From assembly GCA_049579785.1 (NCBI GenBank), contig JBAUOO010000043.1, positions 11,335-75,334 on the forward strand: a stretch of 64,000 nucleotides of DNA. Direction: 5' to 3'. Shown piece after piece: positions 18,877 to 28,263 of the stretch. The DNA comes from Steroidobacteraceae bacterium (lineage in GTDB: Bacteria; Pseudomonadota; Gammaproteobacteria; Steroidobacterales; Steroidobacteraceae). The notes under the pieces are model-generated. The model was not told the origin of the DNA and made no database searches. It saw only the letters and a program-made list of their open reading frames with translations. Position numbers and translations under genes: made by a program. Within the stretch, counting starts at the first letter, position 1. Every line of letters starts with the position of its first letter.

Positions 18877-21800
18877 CCGCGCTGCTCCCGTGCGAGCTGC
18901 TGCCGGCGCCAATGCAGATACAGTGCCGGGATCAGGTTCGTGCTGCGCACCGCACTCCAGGCGAGACCGCCGAATATGACGACCGCGAGGCCTTGCTCCG
19001 GGGCGGCACCTTGGCCAAAGCCCAACGCCGTCGGCAACATGCCCAGCATGGCGGTGACCGCGGTGAGCGCGATCGGGCGGAACCGCGCGCGGATCGCTTC
19101 GCGCACAGCCTTCTCGACCGGCATACCTGCCGCCTCATTCTGCTTGGCGCGGTCGAGGAGAACGATGCTGTGACGGAGGCCGATGCCGATCAGCGTCAGG
19201 AATGCGATGACGCCCGTGGCATTGAGCCCCACGCCACTTAGGATGAGCGCCAAAGTGCCGCCGGTGATGGCGAGCGGAATTTCGAGCAACAGGATCCCCG
19301 GTACGAGCAGCCCGTCGAACTGTAGGACGAGAATGCCGATCATGAGGAGAAACGCGGCCACCGCTGCGATGACGAGACCGACCGCAGCCCGCTCGAGCTC
19401 GGCATACAGTCCCCCGAAGCCGATGCGGTAGCCGGGAGGAAGTTTCAGGCCCGAAAGCGCGCGGCGGGCCGCCGCGATCGTATTGCCGAGTGTTCCCGTG
19501 GGTGTCGCCAGTATATCGAGCGCGCGAGCGCCGGCAATGTGACGGATCTGGTTCGGAGTCTCGATGAGCTTCAGGTGGGTGAGTTCACCCAGAGGCGTCC
19601 ACCCATGGGTGCGGATCGGCAGGCGCGCCAGCGCGCTGAGAGACCAGTCCGGCGCATCCGCCAGACGCATGTACAGATCGAGCGGTACGTCACCCTGCGG
19701 GACCTGCGCGAGGACTTCGCCATTGAGAAGCGGGTCGATCTGGGCATAAAGCTGCGCGGGCGTGAGGCCATAGGCAGCCAGGGCACTGGCTCGCGGCTGA
19801 ATTTGCAGTTGGGTGATTGGGTAACCGTCGTTGTTGACGAGGTCCGAGAGCGCCGGAATGCGACGCAGACGAGCCGCAACCTCCCGCGCGAGGGTACGAA
19901 GCCCGCGCACGCTGCTGCCGAAGATGTGAATCACGAACGGTTGCGGCAGGCCGGAGAGGCTCTCGCCGAGCCGCTCGATCGTCGGGGTGTCGACCGCCAG
20001 CTGCACGCCGGGTAGTCTTGACTCGCGCTGAATTCTGCGGCCGATCTCATCGAGCGCGTTGACGCTGATGCCGGACTTGAGCACGACCATCAGCTCCCCG
20101 GCGGAGGCGGGCTCGGTGTAGTCTGTACTCGCCGAGGAGCCGATCCGCGCATACACGTGGACCACCGCCGGATCGGCCAGCAGCCGATGGGTCATCTCCT
20201 CTACGGCCGCTCGTGAGTCGAGCAACGAGCTGCCAGGAGGCAGCGTGAATGACTCGAGCAGCACACCTTCGTTCGGCAGCGGAAAGAAGTTGACGGGTAC
20301 GAGTCCCAACCCTACCAGACTCAGTCCCAAGACCGCGAAAGTGATCGCGAGTGAGAGTCGTGGCCGACGCGAGACCCGATTGAAGAGTCGCTCGTTCAAG
20401 TGCCGAACCCACTCGAGCGCGCGCTGACCGCTGCTCGTGCCCGCACCGGGACCCGCCTGGAGGAAGCCGAGCCCGAGTGGGATCAGCGTCAGTGAGACCA
20501 GGAGGGACGCGAGGAGCGCGAAGGTCATTGCGAGCGAGAACGGGATGAAGAAGAGCCCGACGAGCCCACCGACGAAGAGCAGTGGCACGTAAATCGAGAC
20601 GTTGGTGAGCGTGCCCGTGATGTCGGGGATGACGATCCTTCTCACGCCGCTGCAGATCCCTTCCCAGTGCCCCTCGCCCTGCCCCCATTGGTGATAGATG
20701 CTCTCGAGAACGATGATCGCATCGTCCGCAAGCAGCCCCACGGCCACCGTGAGCGCACCGAGGGTCATGAGATTCAGGTCCTGGCCCGAGAAGTAGAGCG
20801 TCGCGACGGCGAGCGCGAGTGACATCGGGATGCTGAAAGCCAGCACCCAGATACCGCGGCCCGCTCCCAGCACCCAGAAGAGCACTGCCACCGCGAGTGC
20901 CATGCCGATGAGGAGGTTCCGCCCAAGATCGACGCCGATCAAGTGAACGATGTGCCCTTGGTCATAGTCTCGAACCCAGTGCACGCCATGGGGCAGCTGA
21001 TTCAGAGTCTGATCGAGAGTCGCTTGCACGGCCTGCGTGAGGGGTGTGGTGGCGGTACCGGGCTGCTTGATGACGGTGAGCGCCACGCTCGGCCGGCCAT
21101 CGAGCGCGACGGCATTGTGGGTTGGGATCGCCTCGCGTACCACGCGCGCGAGATTGTCGAGGGGTATCGGCCCGTGTGGACCCTCAACCGCAATGGCCTC
21201 GACCTCAGCCACATGCACCGGCAAATCTCTGGCTTCCATCAGAACGTCATTGTGGCCCTGCGTGGTGTACCCGGCGGGCTCGAGCAAGACCTGGCCCTTG
21301 ACCGCTTGCGCGATGGCCGTCACCGAAATGCCATAACGGCGCAAGGCGCCTAAGTCCGGCTGAATCCAGAGCGCCTCATCGCCCGCCCCGTACACATCGA
21401 CGAACTGCACGCCGGGCAGCGCACGCAGCGCCGGCGCCACGGTGGCGAGCACCGCGTGCTGTACCTGCGCGGGCGCAATGTCGGTGGGAATCTGCGCGGT
21501 GTAGTCGGCGACTTCATTGATGGAGTTGCCCATGATCTGCGCGAGGGGATTCACCGCGCGTGGCAATTGTCCGCGGACCCGATCGATGGCGCCGTTGACC
21601 GCCTGCAGATCGAATTCCGCCGAGGTGCCCTCCCGGAAGCGAACGTCGATCTCGACGATCCCGTTGCCCATGCTCGAGCGGACGCTTTGCAGGTCAGGAA
21701 GCGTCAGGATCTGATCTTCCAGCGGATAGACGATGAGACTCTCGAGCTCGCCAGCGGTGGTCCCCGGCAAGTGCGCGATGACGCTGATCTGCGGGAAGGT

Positions 21801-21932
21801 GAACTCGGGCAGTACTTCCACCGTGATGTGGAAGAAGGCGTAGGCGGCGTAGCCGATGAGCGCCGCGAGCACGAGTGCCCACAGCATCGGGCGCATGAGC
21901 ACGCGGGGTACGGGACGGGCCGCCGCGGCCAT
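18873..21932 (-). CDS. RND family efflux transporter permease (AcrB/CzcA-like)
   Basis: 1019 aa, 12-TM architecture with two large periplasmic loops, GLLADDAIIVLESI motif. Confidence 0.9.
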   Translation of the reverse strand: MAAAARPVPRVLMRPMLWALVLAALIGYAAYAFFHITVEVLPEFTFPQISVIAHLPGTTAGELESLIVYPLEDQILTLPDLQSVRSSMGNGIVEIDVRFREGTSAEFDLQAVNGAIDRVRGQLPRAVNPLAQIMGNSINEVADYTAQIPTDIAPAQVQHAVLATVAPALRALPGVQFVDVYGAGDEALWIQPDLGALRRYGISVTAIAQAVKGQVLLEPAGYTTQGHNDVLMEARDLPVHVAEVEAIAVEGPHGPIPLDNLARVVREAIPTHNAVALDGRPSVALTVIKQPGTATTPLTQAVQATLDQTLNQLPHGVHWVRDYDQGHIVHLIGVDLGRNLLIGMALAVAVLFWVLGAGRGIWVLAFSIPMSLALAVATLYFSGQDLNLMTLGALTVAVGLLADDAIIVLESIYHQWGQGEGHWEGICSGVRRIVIPDITGTLTNVSIYVPLLFVGGLVGLFFIPFSLAMTFALLASLLVSLTLIPLGLGFLQAGPGAGTSSGQRALEWVRHLNERLFNRVSRRPRLSLAITFAVLGLSLVGLGLVPVNFFPLPNEGVLLESFTLPPGSSLLDSRAAVEEMTHRLLADPAVVHVYARIGSSASTDYTEPASAGELMVVLKSGISVNALDEIGRRIQRESRLPGVQLAVDTPTIERLGESLSGLPQPFVIHIFGSSVRGLRTLAREVAARLRRIPALSDLVNNDGYPITQLQIQPRASALAAYGLTPAQLYAQIDPLLNGEVLAQVPQGDVPLDLYMRLADAPDWSLSALARLPIRTHGWTPLGELTHLKLIETPNQIRHIAGARALDILATPTGTLGNTIAAARRALSGLKLPPGYRIGFGGLYAELERAAVGLVIAAVAAFLLMIGILVLQFDGLLVPGILLLEIPLAITGGTLALILSGVGLNATGVIAFLTLIGIGLRHSIVLLDRAKQNEAAGMPVEKAVREAIRARFRPIALTAVTAMLGMLPTALGFGQGAAPEQGLAVVIFGGLAWSAVRSTNLIPALYLHWRRQQLAREQRG

Positions 21933-21935
21933 GGC

Positions 21936-22991
21936 TCAATCGGGCGGCGTGTAGTGCCGTGAGATGCCGCGATGAAACTCGAGGTAGGCGTTCTCGACCA
22001 CGACCCGCTCACCCGGCGCCAGGCCCTGTGAGATAAAGGTCATCCACCCGGCCGTCGGTCCCGGAACGACCTCCCGTCGGCGATCACCCCGAGCAGTGCG
22101 CACCAACACCCACCAATGCGCACGGTCGAGAATCAGCGCGCGAGTGGGCACCGCCAACATTGGGCGGGTCGCTCCAACCAGCCGCACCGCGCCCCACTCG
22201 CCGCTACGCCATCGCTCCGCCCGCGCGCCCGGCCCTTCTGGAGGCACTACAGCGAGCAGTCCCACCTGCTCGCCGCCATCGGGCCCGAGCGCGGGCGACA
22301 CGGTCCGCACGCGAACCGGTATCGCACCGCCCGCGATCGGTTGGAATTGGCCGCTCATGTCAGGATGAATCGCCAGCGCATCGGCTCCGTAGAAAGTGGC
22401 ATCGAGCCACGGGCGGCCGGTTTGAAGCGTGAGGATGAGTTGGCCCGCGGCCACCTGCTCACCGCCTGCCGCATCGACCGTCAGCACCTGTCCATCGGCA
22501 GGGGCCCGCAGAGTGAGGGTCTGCAGTGCCACCTGCAGCCGCCCGCGCGCCGCCTCATAAGTCGCTTGATCCGCCGCGACTCTCTGCCGGGTCACGAGGT
22601 GCCCGGTAAGTTTGCGCCGGTCGGCCGCCAGTTGAATCGAGGCCGCGTAGGAGGCGCCACGACGCTCAGCCAGTAGGCTCTGCGCCTGCGCGCCCCCTAA
22701 GGCGGCGAGCACCTGTCCGGACCTCACGAGCTCGCCTGGCAACACCAGCCGCTCGATCGTTCCGGGCTCCACCGCCCGCACCTGCGTGACCGCGACCGAC
22801 TGGACCTGGCCGTACGCCCGAAAGGTCTGCGCGACCAACTGAGCGCGCACGGTCAAGGTCGCTGCCTCTGAAGCAGGAGGGGTTCGGGCGCCATCGGGCG
22901 CGCTCGGCATCTGCGCAGGGAGCGCGGGACCGCTCGCCATGAGCGCGCCGACGAGGACCACCGACCACGGGAAAGTCGCTTTCCTTCTCAA
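21936..22991 (-). CDS. Efflux RND periplasmic adaptor (membrane fusion protein, HlyD-like)
   Basis: 351 aa with signal/anchor, and lipoyl/beta-barrel-like sequence. Lies 3 nt upstream of the RND permease and overlaps the M56 gene stop by 4 nt. Confidence 0.8.
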   Translation of the reverse strand: MRRKATFPWSVVLVGALMASGPALPAQMPSAPDGARTPPASEAATLTVRAQLVAQTFRAYGQVQSVAVTQVRAVEPGTIERLVLPGELVRSGQVLAALGGAQAQSLLAERRGASYAASIQLAADRRKLTGHLVTRQRVAADQATYEAARGRLQVALQTLTLRAPADGQVLTVDAAGGEQVAAGQLILTLQTGRPWLDATFYGADALAIHPDMSGQFQPIAGGAIPVRVRTVSPALGPDGGEQVGLLAVVPPEGPGARAERWRSGEWGAVRLVGATRPMLAVPTRALILDRAHWWVLVRTARGDRRREVVPGPTAGWMTFISQGLAPGERVVVENAYLEFHRGISRHYTPPD

Positions 22992-23890
22992 GAGGTCATG
23001 CCGAGCAGCGGACGAATGACGAGATGGCCATAGAGGATGCCCAGCACTAGCGCGGCGAGGAGGAGCGAAATCAAGAGCGCGCCGCCCGCGCGCTCGAGAT
23101 CCATCACTCGCCTTGCGCTAGCGCGAGGCGCTTGGGAAAGAGGTGCCAGCAGACGCGACACTCGCTTACGCAGGATGCTCGGATCGCCGATCAGGCGCGC
23201 ATGTGCAAGCTGAGTACCCTTGAAGGGTATTGCCGGGCGCGATAATGCGCTTCGCTCAAGATAACGTACGGACGCCAACACCGCCGCCGCCATGTCGGGG
23301 CCGTCGGCGCCCTCGGCTCTGGCTTCATCGTCCCGCGCCAGCTCGAGTGTCTCCAGCCACGCCTCGAGGCGTGCGACGGCCCAGGGCCAGGGCCACTGCA
23401 GATCGGTGACCAGCTGAGCGAGCCAGATGCGCAAGGGATCGCGGTGAATCGCGTGCGCACGCTCGTGCGCGAGTGCCGCCCGAATCACGACCTCATCGAG
23501 CTGCTTGGCGAGAAACGGCGAGAACACGACCTGCGGCTGGAGGAGCCCGATCGTCGAGATGCCGCAATCGACGGGAGTTCGCAGCAGCGACCACACGGCG
23601 CGGGCGAGCGCGCGCGCGAAGAGGAGACCGAAAGGGAGCCACACTGCCAACAATACCCAACGGTCGAGCGGATCGCGCACCGGATCGGGCTCGGTGAGCG
23701 CCCAGCCGCACAGTGAGGCCGCCACCAGCAGCATCGGCACGATCGGATACCACAACCTTCGCCAACTGCGGCGCTCGAGCACGGCCGGCGTCAGATCCGC
23801 AGAGCCCGCCGAGGGCCACCACACGAAGGGCTGCAGCGCCAGTCCGCCGAGCAACATGATCAAAATGGAGAGCAGCGATTCACGCTCCAT
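22988..23890 (-). CDS. M56 family (BlaR1-like) membrane metallopeptidase without a recognisable sensor domain
   Basis: Start at the internal ATG (MERESLL...). Four or more TM segments and zinc motif ALAHERAHAIHRD (HExxH). Overlaps the BlaI-like stop by 11 nt. Confidence 0.75.
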   Translation of the reverse strand: MERESLLSILIMLLGGLALQPFVWWPSAGSADLTPAVLERRSWRRLWYPIVPMLLVAASLCGWALTEPDPVRDPLDRWVLLAVWLPFGLLFARALARAVWSLLRTPVDCGISTIGLLQPQVVFSPFLAKQLDEVVIRAALAHERAHAIHRDPLRIWLAQLVTDLQWPWPWAVARLEAWLETLELARDDEARAEGADGPDMAAAVLASVRYLERSALSRPAIPFKGTQLAHARLIGDPSILRKRVSRLLAPLSQAPRASARRVMDLERAGGALLISLLLAALVLGILYGHLVIRPLLGMTS

Positions 23891-24275
23891 TCTTCGCCCT
23901 CCGCCGCGCGAGCACCGCGCGCTCGAGCTCCTCGAGGAGCGCCGGATCGACCTCATCCACCGCCTCCACCAACGCTGCGACGGCCGCTCGCGGGGTCGCT
24001 CCGAGGAGGCGCGTTACCGCGTTACGGGCGCGGGCACGCTCCACCTCTTCGCGCGCTACGCGCGCGCGGTACACGAACGCGTTGCCCGTGCGCTGGCGTT
24101 GGAGCAAGCCTTTCTGGCGCAAGCGGTCGACGACCTTGGCCGTGGTGGTGTACACCAGCCCCTGCCTCGCTCCGAAGCGCTCGTGCAGCTCGCGCACCGA
24201 GGCGCTGCCGAGCTGCCACAGCTCGGCAAGCACGGCATATTCGAGCTCATCCGCAGGCAGACGGAAGGCGGCCAC
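23880..24275 (-). CDS. BlaI/MecI/CopY family transcriptional repressor
   Basis: 131 aa. Winged-helix N-terminus (LEYAVLAELWQLGSASVRELHERF...VYTTTAKVVDRLRQKGLL). First gene of the blaI-M56-MFP-RND string. Confidence 0.85.
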   Translation of the reverse strand: MAAFRLPADELEYAVLAELWQLGSASVRELHERFGARQGLVYTTTAKVVDRLRQKGLLQRQRTGNAFVYRARVAREEVERARARNAVTRLLGATPRAAVAALVEAVDEVDPALLEELERAVLARRRAKNGA

Positions 24276-24426
24276 GGGGCGATTCTACGACGGACGTCGT
24301 AATCGGACAAGGCGACGTTCCGGCGCCCGGGCACTCCCGAGGCGGGGACCGAGGCAGGGTGGCGATCCTTGACGGCGGCAGGGCCGCACAGGTCCAATCG
24401 CGAGCCGTGCGCCCCGAGAGCTTCCT

Positions 24427-25701
24427 GTGCCGCTGATTCACGCAACCCTCGCCGATGAGACGATCTGGCTGATTGCCGCGCTCGCAACCTTTGGGGTCAT
24501 TACCCGCCCGTGGGGACTCTCGGAAGCGGTGTGGGCCGTGGCCGGCGCGGCGCTCCTGGTCCTGGGCTCCCTGCTCTCGCTGCACGATGCCTGGCGGGCC
24601 GTAGCCAGGGGCACCGATGTCTACCTCTTCCTCGCGGGCATGATGTTGCTTGCGGAGGTTGCGCGAACCGAGGGGCTCTTCGACTGGGTGGCGGCGCTCG
24701 CGGTGCGCTGGGCACGCGGCTCCCCGCGACGCCTGTTCGCGCTCGTGTACGGGGTCGGCATCCTCGTAACGGCATTGCTCTCGAACGATGCGACCGCGGT
24801 CGTGTTGACACCCGCGGTTTACGCGGCGGCGCGTCATGCCCGCACGGACCCGCTGCCGTACCTTTTCATTTGCGCCTTCATCGCGAACGCGGCGAGTTTC
24901 CTGCTGCCGATCTCCAATCCCGCGAATCTCGTCGTGTATGCGAGCCATTTGCCGCGCTTACCCCTGTGGCTCGCCAACTTCACGGCGCCCTCGGTCATCG
25001 CCATCGCGGCGACGTTCTTCGTGCTGCGGGCGACGCAGCGGCGCGCGTTGCGCGAGCCCTTTGCGAGCACTGTGCCCTTGCCACCGCTGACCCGCGGCGC
25101 CCGGCTCGCGGCACTCGGCATCCTGCTCACCGCCGTGGCGCTGCTTTCGGCCTCGGCCGCAGGCTTGGAGCTTGGCATGCCAACCTTCATCGCTGGCGCC
25201 AGCACCACCGCTCTCGCGCTGCTGCTCGATCGCCGCTCGCCCTGGCCCATCGTCAAAGGGGTCGCGTGGGGCGTCATCCCGCTCGTGGCGGGGCTTTTCG
25301 TGCTGGTGGCCGGACTCGGGCACACGGGCCTGCTCGATGCGCTCGCCGCCGCATTGCAACAGCTCACACTGAAGTCCGGGCATGCGGCCGCGCTCGCCGC
25401 CGGAACCGGCGTCGCCGCGGCGTGCAACGTGATGAACAACCTCCCCGTGGCTCTGATTGCAGGCTCGATCGGCACGGGGACCGGAGTCTTCGCGCAGCTG
25501 AAGGACGCGATGTTGATCGGCATCGACCTGGGGCCCAACCTCTCCGTCACCGGCTCGCTCGCGACCATCCTCTGGCTCATCGCGCTGCGGCGCGAGAAGG
25601 TGCACGTCGATGGCCTGACATTCCTCCGGCTGGGAATGCTCGTGATGCCGGCGGCGCTGCTGCCCTCATTGGCCGTGCTGGTGCTGCAGCGGCTGCCCTG
25701 A
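24427..25701 (+). CDS. ArsB/NhaD superfamily permease (arsenical pump membrane protein-like)
   Basis: 424 aa, GTG start, multi-TM. LFLAGMMLLAEVARTEGLFDW...LLSNDATAVVLTP is typical of the ArsB/CitMHS fold. Confidence 0.8.
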   Translation: MPLIHATLADETIWLIAALATFGVITRPWGLSEAVWAVAGAALLVLGSLLSLHDAWRAVARGTDVYLFLAGMMLLAEVARTEGLFDWVAALAVRWARGSPRRLFALVYGVGILVTALLSNDATAVVLTPAVYAAARHARTDPLPYLFICAFIANAASFLLPISNPANLVVYASHLPRLPLWLANFTAPSVIAIAATFFVLRATQRRALREPFASTVPLPPLTRGARLAALGILLTAVALLSASAAGLELGMPTFIAGASTTALALLLDRRSPWPIVKGVAWGVIPLVAGLFVLVAGLGHTGLLDALAAALQQLTLKSGHAAALAAGTGVAAACNVMNNLPVALIAGSIGTGTGVFAQLKDAMLIGIDLGPNLSVTGSLATILWLIALRREKVHVDGLTFLRLGMLVMPAALLPSLAVLVLQRLP

Positions 25702-25766
25702 GCCCCGCGTCCGCCGCCACTTCCCAGGCCCGGAACGAGGTTGATCATCCGGTGCCGCGCCCGCGG

Positions 25767-26468
25767 CTATTTGCGGCGAGAAGCGACCGCGATCGTGGGC
25801 GTAGGACTGCCGCTCCAGCGGAAGCGGTACGTGGAAGCCTTGCGGACATTGCCGACGAGGGCCGGCCGGAAGCAGGCGAGGCAAGTGCCCTCGGGGCGAC
25901 GCACGCTCGGGTAGATCACCCCGAGCGAGCCTGCCGCCTGCAGCCGCTCGGCGAGCGCCTGCGAGTGTAGGTAGCTGTCAGGGTCCAGACAGTCGCGGAA
26001 TGCGCCCTGGCGCCGCAGGTCGTGAAACTCGCCGCTGAAATCCGCCAGATAGTCATCGAACGTCACCTCGTCCTCGAAGCGGCCGATCTCGGCGAGATGC
26101 ACGGACTTGTGGAACGCGACTTCGGCCTGGGCGGTCTTGAGCTCGAACGCCGTGTACCAGGCACCGCGGTCCGGACTGCTGAAGCGCCCGCCCAGCGGGT
26201 GGGCGTGTGTGAATGCGGCGTTGACGATGCGGTAGTAAGGAACGCCGAAGAGGAGCTCATGCACGCCGATCGCGGGAAGCCTGTCGTTCTCGGCCATGAG
26301 CCGGTCATTGGTGGCGTGGTCGAGATCGAAAATCACCGCAAGATGCGCATCATCGTCGGCAATGCGGGCGAGCACGCTCGCATCGTCAGCGTACTTCGAG
26401 GCGATCAGCCGGTGGGTATCGTGGCGCCTGAGGAGCGAGAGCGGCGGGAACTCGCGCGCCGAAGTCAA
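25767..26468 (-). CDS. RES domain toxin (NAD+-targeting RES family)
   Basis: Conserved HRLIASKY, GGRFSSPDRGAWYTAFE and GVIYPSVR blocks supply the R/E/S residues. Start proposed at TTG 26468, forming a TTGA overlap with the antitoxin stop. Confidence 0.8.
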   Translation of the reverse strand: MTSAREFPPLSLLRRHDTHRLIASKYADDASVLARIADDDAHLAVIFDLDHATNDRLMAENDRLPAIGVHELLFGVPYYRIVNAAFTHAHPLGGRFSSPDRGAWYTAFELKTAQAEVAFHKSVHLAEIGRFEDEVTFDDYLADFSGEFHDLRRQGAFRDCLDPDSYLHSQALAERLQAAGSLGVIYPSVRRPEGTCLACFRPALVGNVRKASTYRFRWSGSPTPTIAVASRRK

Positions 26469-26902
26469 AAGCCGCCCCGGCGGGCATCGAGCAGCCGCCG
26501 CACGGTTTGCATGGCCGGCACGCCGCCGCTCAGCATGAAGGCGAGCGGCGTCGCACCGCGAAAGATGCGATTGGTGTTGGGCAGTTTCACCCACTCGTCG
26601 GCGAGCGGCTCGGAGTGCAGGATGTTGAGCGCCTTGAAGATGCCGACCAGGTAGGAAATGCGCACCAGGCGGTCGCCATCGAGCGTCCGCCCCTGCGGAT
26701 CCTTCTTCATCTCATAATAGGGTCCGTGGGTGACACCCCCGAGAAGCTGCCGGGCGTCCTCGTCCCGCACGTCCCAACGCTCCATGAGGTTGAGGAATGC
26801 CTTGAGCGCTCCGGGGCTCAGCCGCTGCCGCTCCTCTTTTGATTGCAGATCGATGAGCGGTGAGGGCTCATAGCGGCTCGAGGGATATGCGAGCGATGTC
26901 AT
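26465..26902 (-). CDS. Xre-like/DUF2384 antitoxin (ParS/MbcA type) of the RES toxin
   Basis: Internal ATG (MTSLAYPSS...). The C-terminal W..LPNTNRIFRGATPLAFMLSGGVPAMQTVRRLLDA block is typical of DUF2384 antitoxins. Immediately upstream of the RES gene. Confidence 0.8.
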   Translation of the reverse strand: MTSLAYPSSRYEPSPLIDLQSKEERQRLSPGALKAFLNLMERWDVRDEDARQLLGGVTHGPYYEMKKDPQGRTLDGDRLVRISYLVGIFKALNILHSEPLADEWVKLPNTNRIFRGATPLAFMLSGGVPAMQTVRRLLDARRGGF

Positions 26903-26938
26903 ACGGGTATTACGGGCTGGATCTATCCTGTATGGGAT

Positions 26939-26967
26939 ATTATACACTCCTGATCAGGATCACTCAA
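26939..26967 (-). promoter_or_regulatory. Sigma70-like promoter with embedded palindromic operator for the Xre-RES operon
   Basis: On the minus strand: TTGAGT (26967-26962), 17-nt spacer, TATAAT (26944-26939). The spacer contains the perfect 12-bp palindrome TCCTGATCAGGA (26948-26959). This is the most AT-rich stretch of the region. Confidence 0.4.
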
Positions 26968-26985
26968 ATCCCGTAGAATCAGCGG

Positions 26986-27879
26986 ATGAGAACCCGAATC
27001 GCCTCCCCTGGAGCCTTGGTTTTGCGGGCGCTCCTGGCCCTTGTCTGGGTCGCACCCGCCGTCCGGGCGCAGGCGGCGAGTCCGCCCGGGTCGGATGCGA
27101 GGCAGCAGCCCTCGCCGCAGTCCGAGGAGCCAGGGTCGTCGATCGAATATGCGCCGCCGCGCCAGGGGCTCGCCGCACGCACCCTCGAGGATGCAAAGAA
27201 TTATTTCACCGCGCCGCTTCGCTGGAACGGCCGCGACTGGGAGTACTTCGGCGGCGCGCTGGCGGCGATCGCCGTCGCTCATCATTACGACACGCAAGCC
27301 CGGACCCATTTCGACGCCGGCTCGAGCTCGCCGCTCGGCCCGAAGGAATCCGGTGAGCTCACCGACGCCCTGCCCGGCGCGGCACTCTTCTTGGGCACCT
27401 GGGGCTACGCCTCCCTCATCGGCAGTCACACCGGCGAGGGCGAGGCCTGGAACATGCTGGAATCAGGCGGCCTCAGCCTGGTGAGCGCGTATGCGCTCAA
27501 GTACGTGGTCCGCCGGCCCGGACCCGATGCCACTACCGATGCCAACCACTGGTTCGGCGGCGGCAGCTCCTTTCCCTCCGAGCACACCACTCTGGCCTTC
27601 GCCGTCGGTACCGTGCTGGCGGAATCCGGCAATCCGGAGTTCCGCTGGATCCGCCGCACGATCGGCTACGGAGTGGGGATCGGCACGGCGTATCTGCGCA
27701 TGAAACACAATGCGCATTGGCTCTCCGACACGGTGGCCGGTGCCGCGCTCGGCATGGCGAGCGCGCATTTCGTCATCAACCGCAGCGCCGAGCGCGAGCA
27801 ACCGGAGAACTCCGGGATCTCGCTCGTGCCGGTGCAGGGGGGTGTGATGCTCGCCTATGCCGCGGAGTTTCCCAACTGA
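26986..27879 (+). CDS. PAP2 family phosphatase (secreted/membrane)
   Basis: Signal peptide. PAP2 motifs SFPSEHT and HNAHWLSDTVAGAALG. Confidence 0.8.
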   Translation: MRTRIASPGALVLRALLALVWVAPAVRAQAASPPGSDARQQPSPQSEEPGSSIEYAPPRQGLAARTLEDAKNYFTAPLRWNGRDWEYFGGALAAIAVAHHYDTQARTHFDAGSSSPLGPKESGELTDALPGAALFLGTWGYASLIGSHTGEGEAWNMLESGGLSLVSAYALKYVVRRPGPDATTDANHWFGGGSSFPSEHTTLAFAVGTVLAESGNPEFRWIRRTIGYGVGIGTAYLRMKHNAHWLSDTVAGAALGMASAHFVINRSAEREQPENSGISLVPVQGGVMLAYAAEFPN

Positions 27880-27899
27880 TTTTCAGCACCACCCTCCGC

Positions 27900-28187
27900 G
27901 TGAGCTATCTCGAGCTGACCCGGCGTCCGGCACCGATCGGAACGCGCCTCGGGAAGGAGCGCATTGATCGAGAACGGTTGGATGTCAGCGAGTACCTCGA
28001 CCTCTACGGACTCGTTGGAGGCCCGGTTCGCTGGGATCAGCGCCTCAAGATGCCTCGCTCCCAACTGCAGCGCCTCCTCGAGTCGGGACGCAGTCAGTTG
28101 TACATCCTCAGGGATGGGCAGGGGCAAGCGCTGGGGCTCTGCGAATTTGAGTGCGGTAGCGCGGATCCGTGCAGATGCGGTTATTGA
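27900..28187 (+). pseudogene. N-terminal fragment of a GNAT family N-acetyltransferase (truncated)
   Basis: The translation (R)VSYLELTRRPAPIG...YLDLYGLVGGPVRWDQRLKMPRSQLQRLLESGRSQLYILRDGQGQALGLCEF resembles the N-terminal half of roughly 190-aa GNAT proteins. It terminates before the acetyl-CoA-binding motifs. There is no ATG, and GTG at 27900 is the best candidate start. Confidence 0.35.
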
Positions 28188-28263
28188 AGCTCGAGAGTAT
28201 AGTCACCGCAAACCGCCGGTTGCCTTTCCGCTTTCCTCCGAGCAGTCCGGCGCGCAGGTGCAC

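Noticed and set aside
27964-28263. Upstream 100 codons of the track ORF 27964-28848
   Set aside because: It is Ser/Ala-rich with no TM or motif, and it overlaps the GNAT-fragment frame. The ICMT-like hydrophobic protein starts convincingly at ATG 28264.
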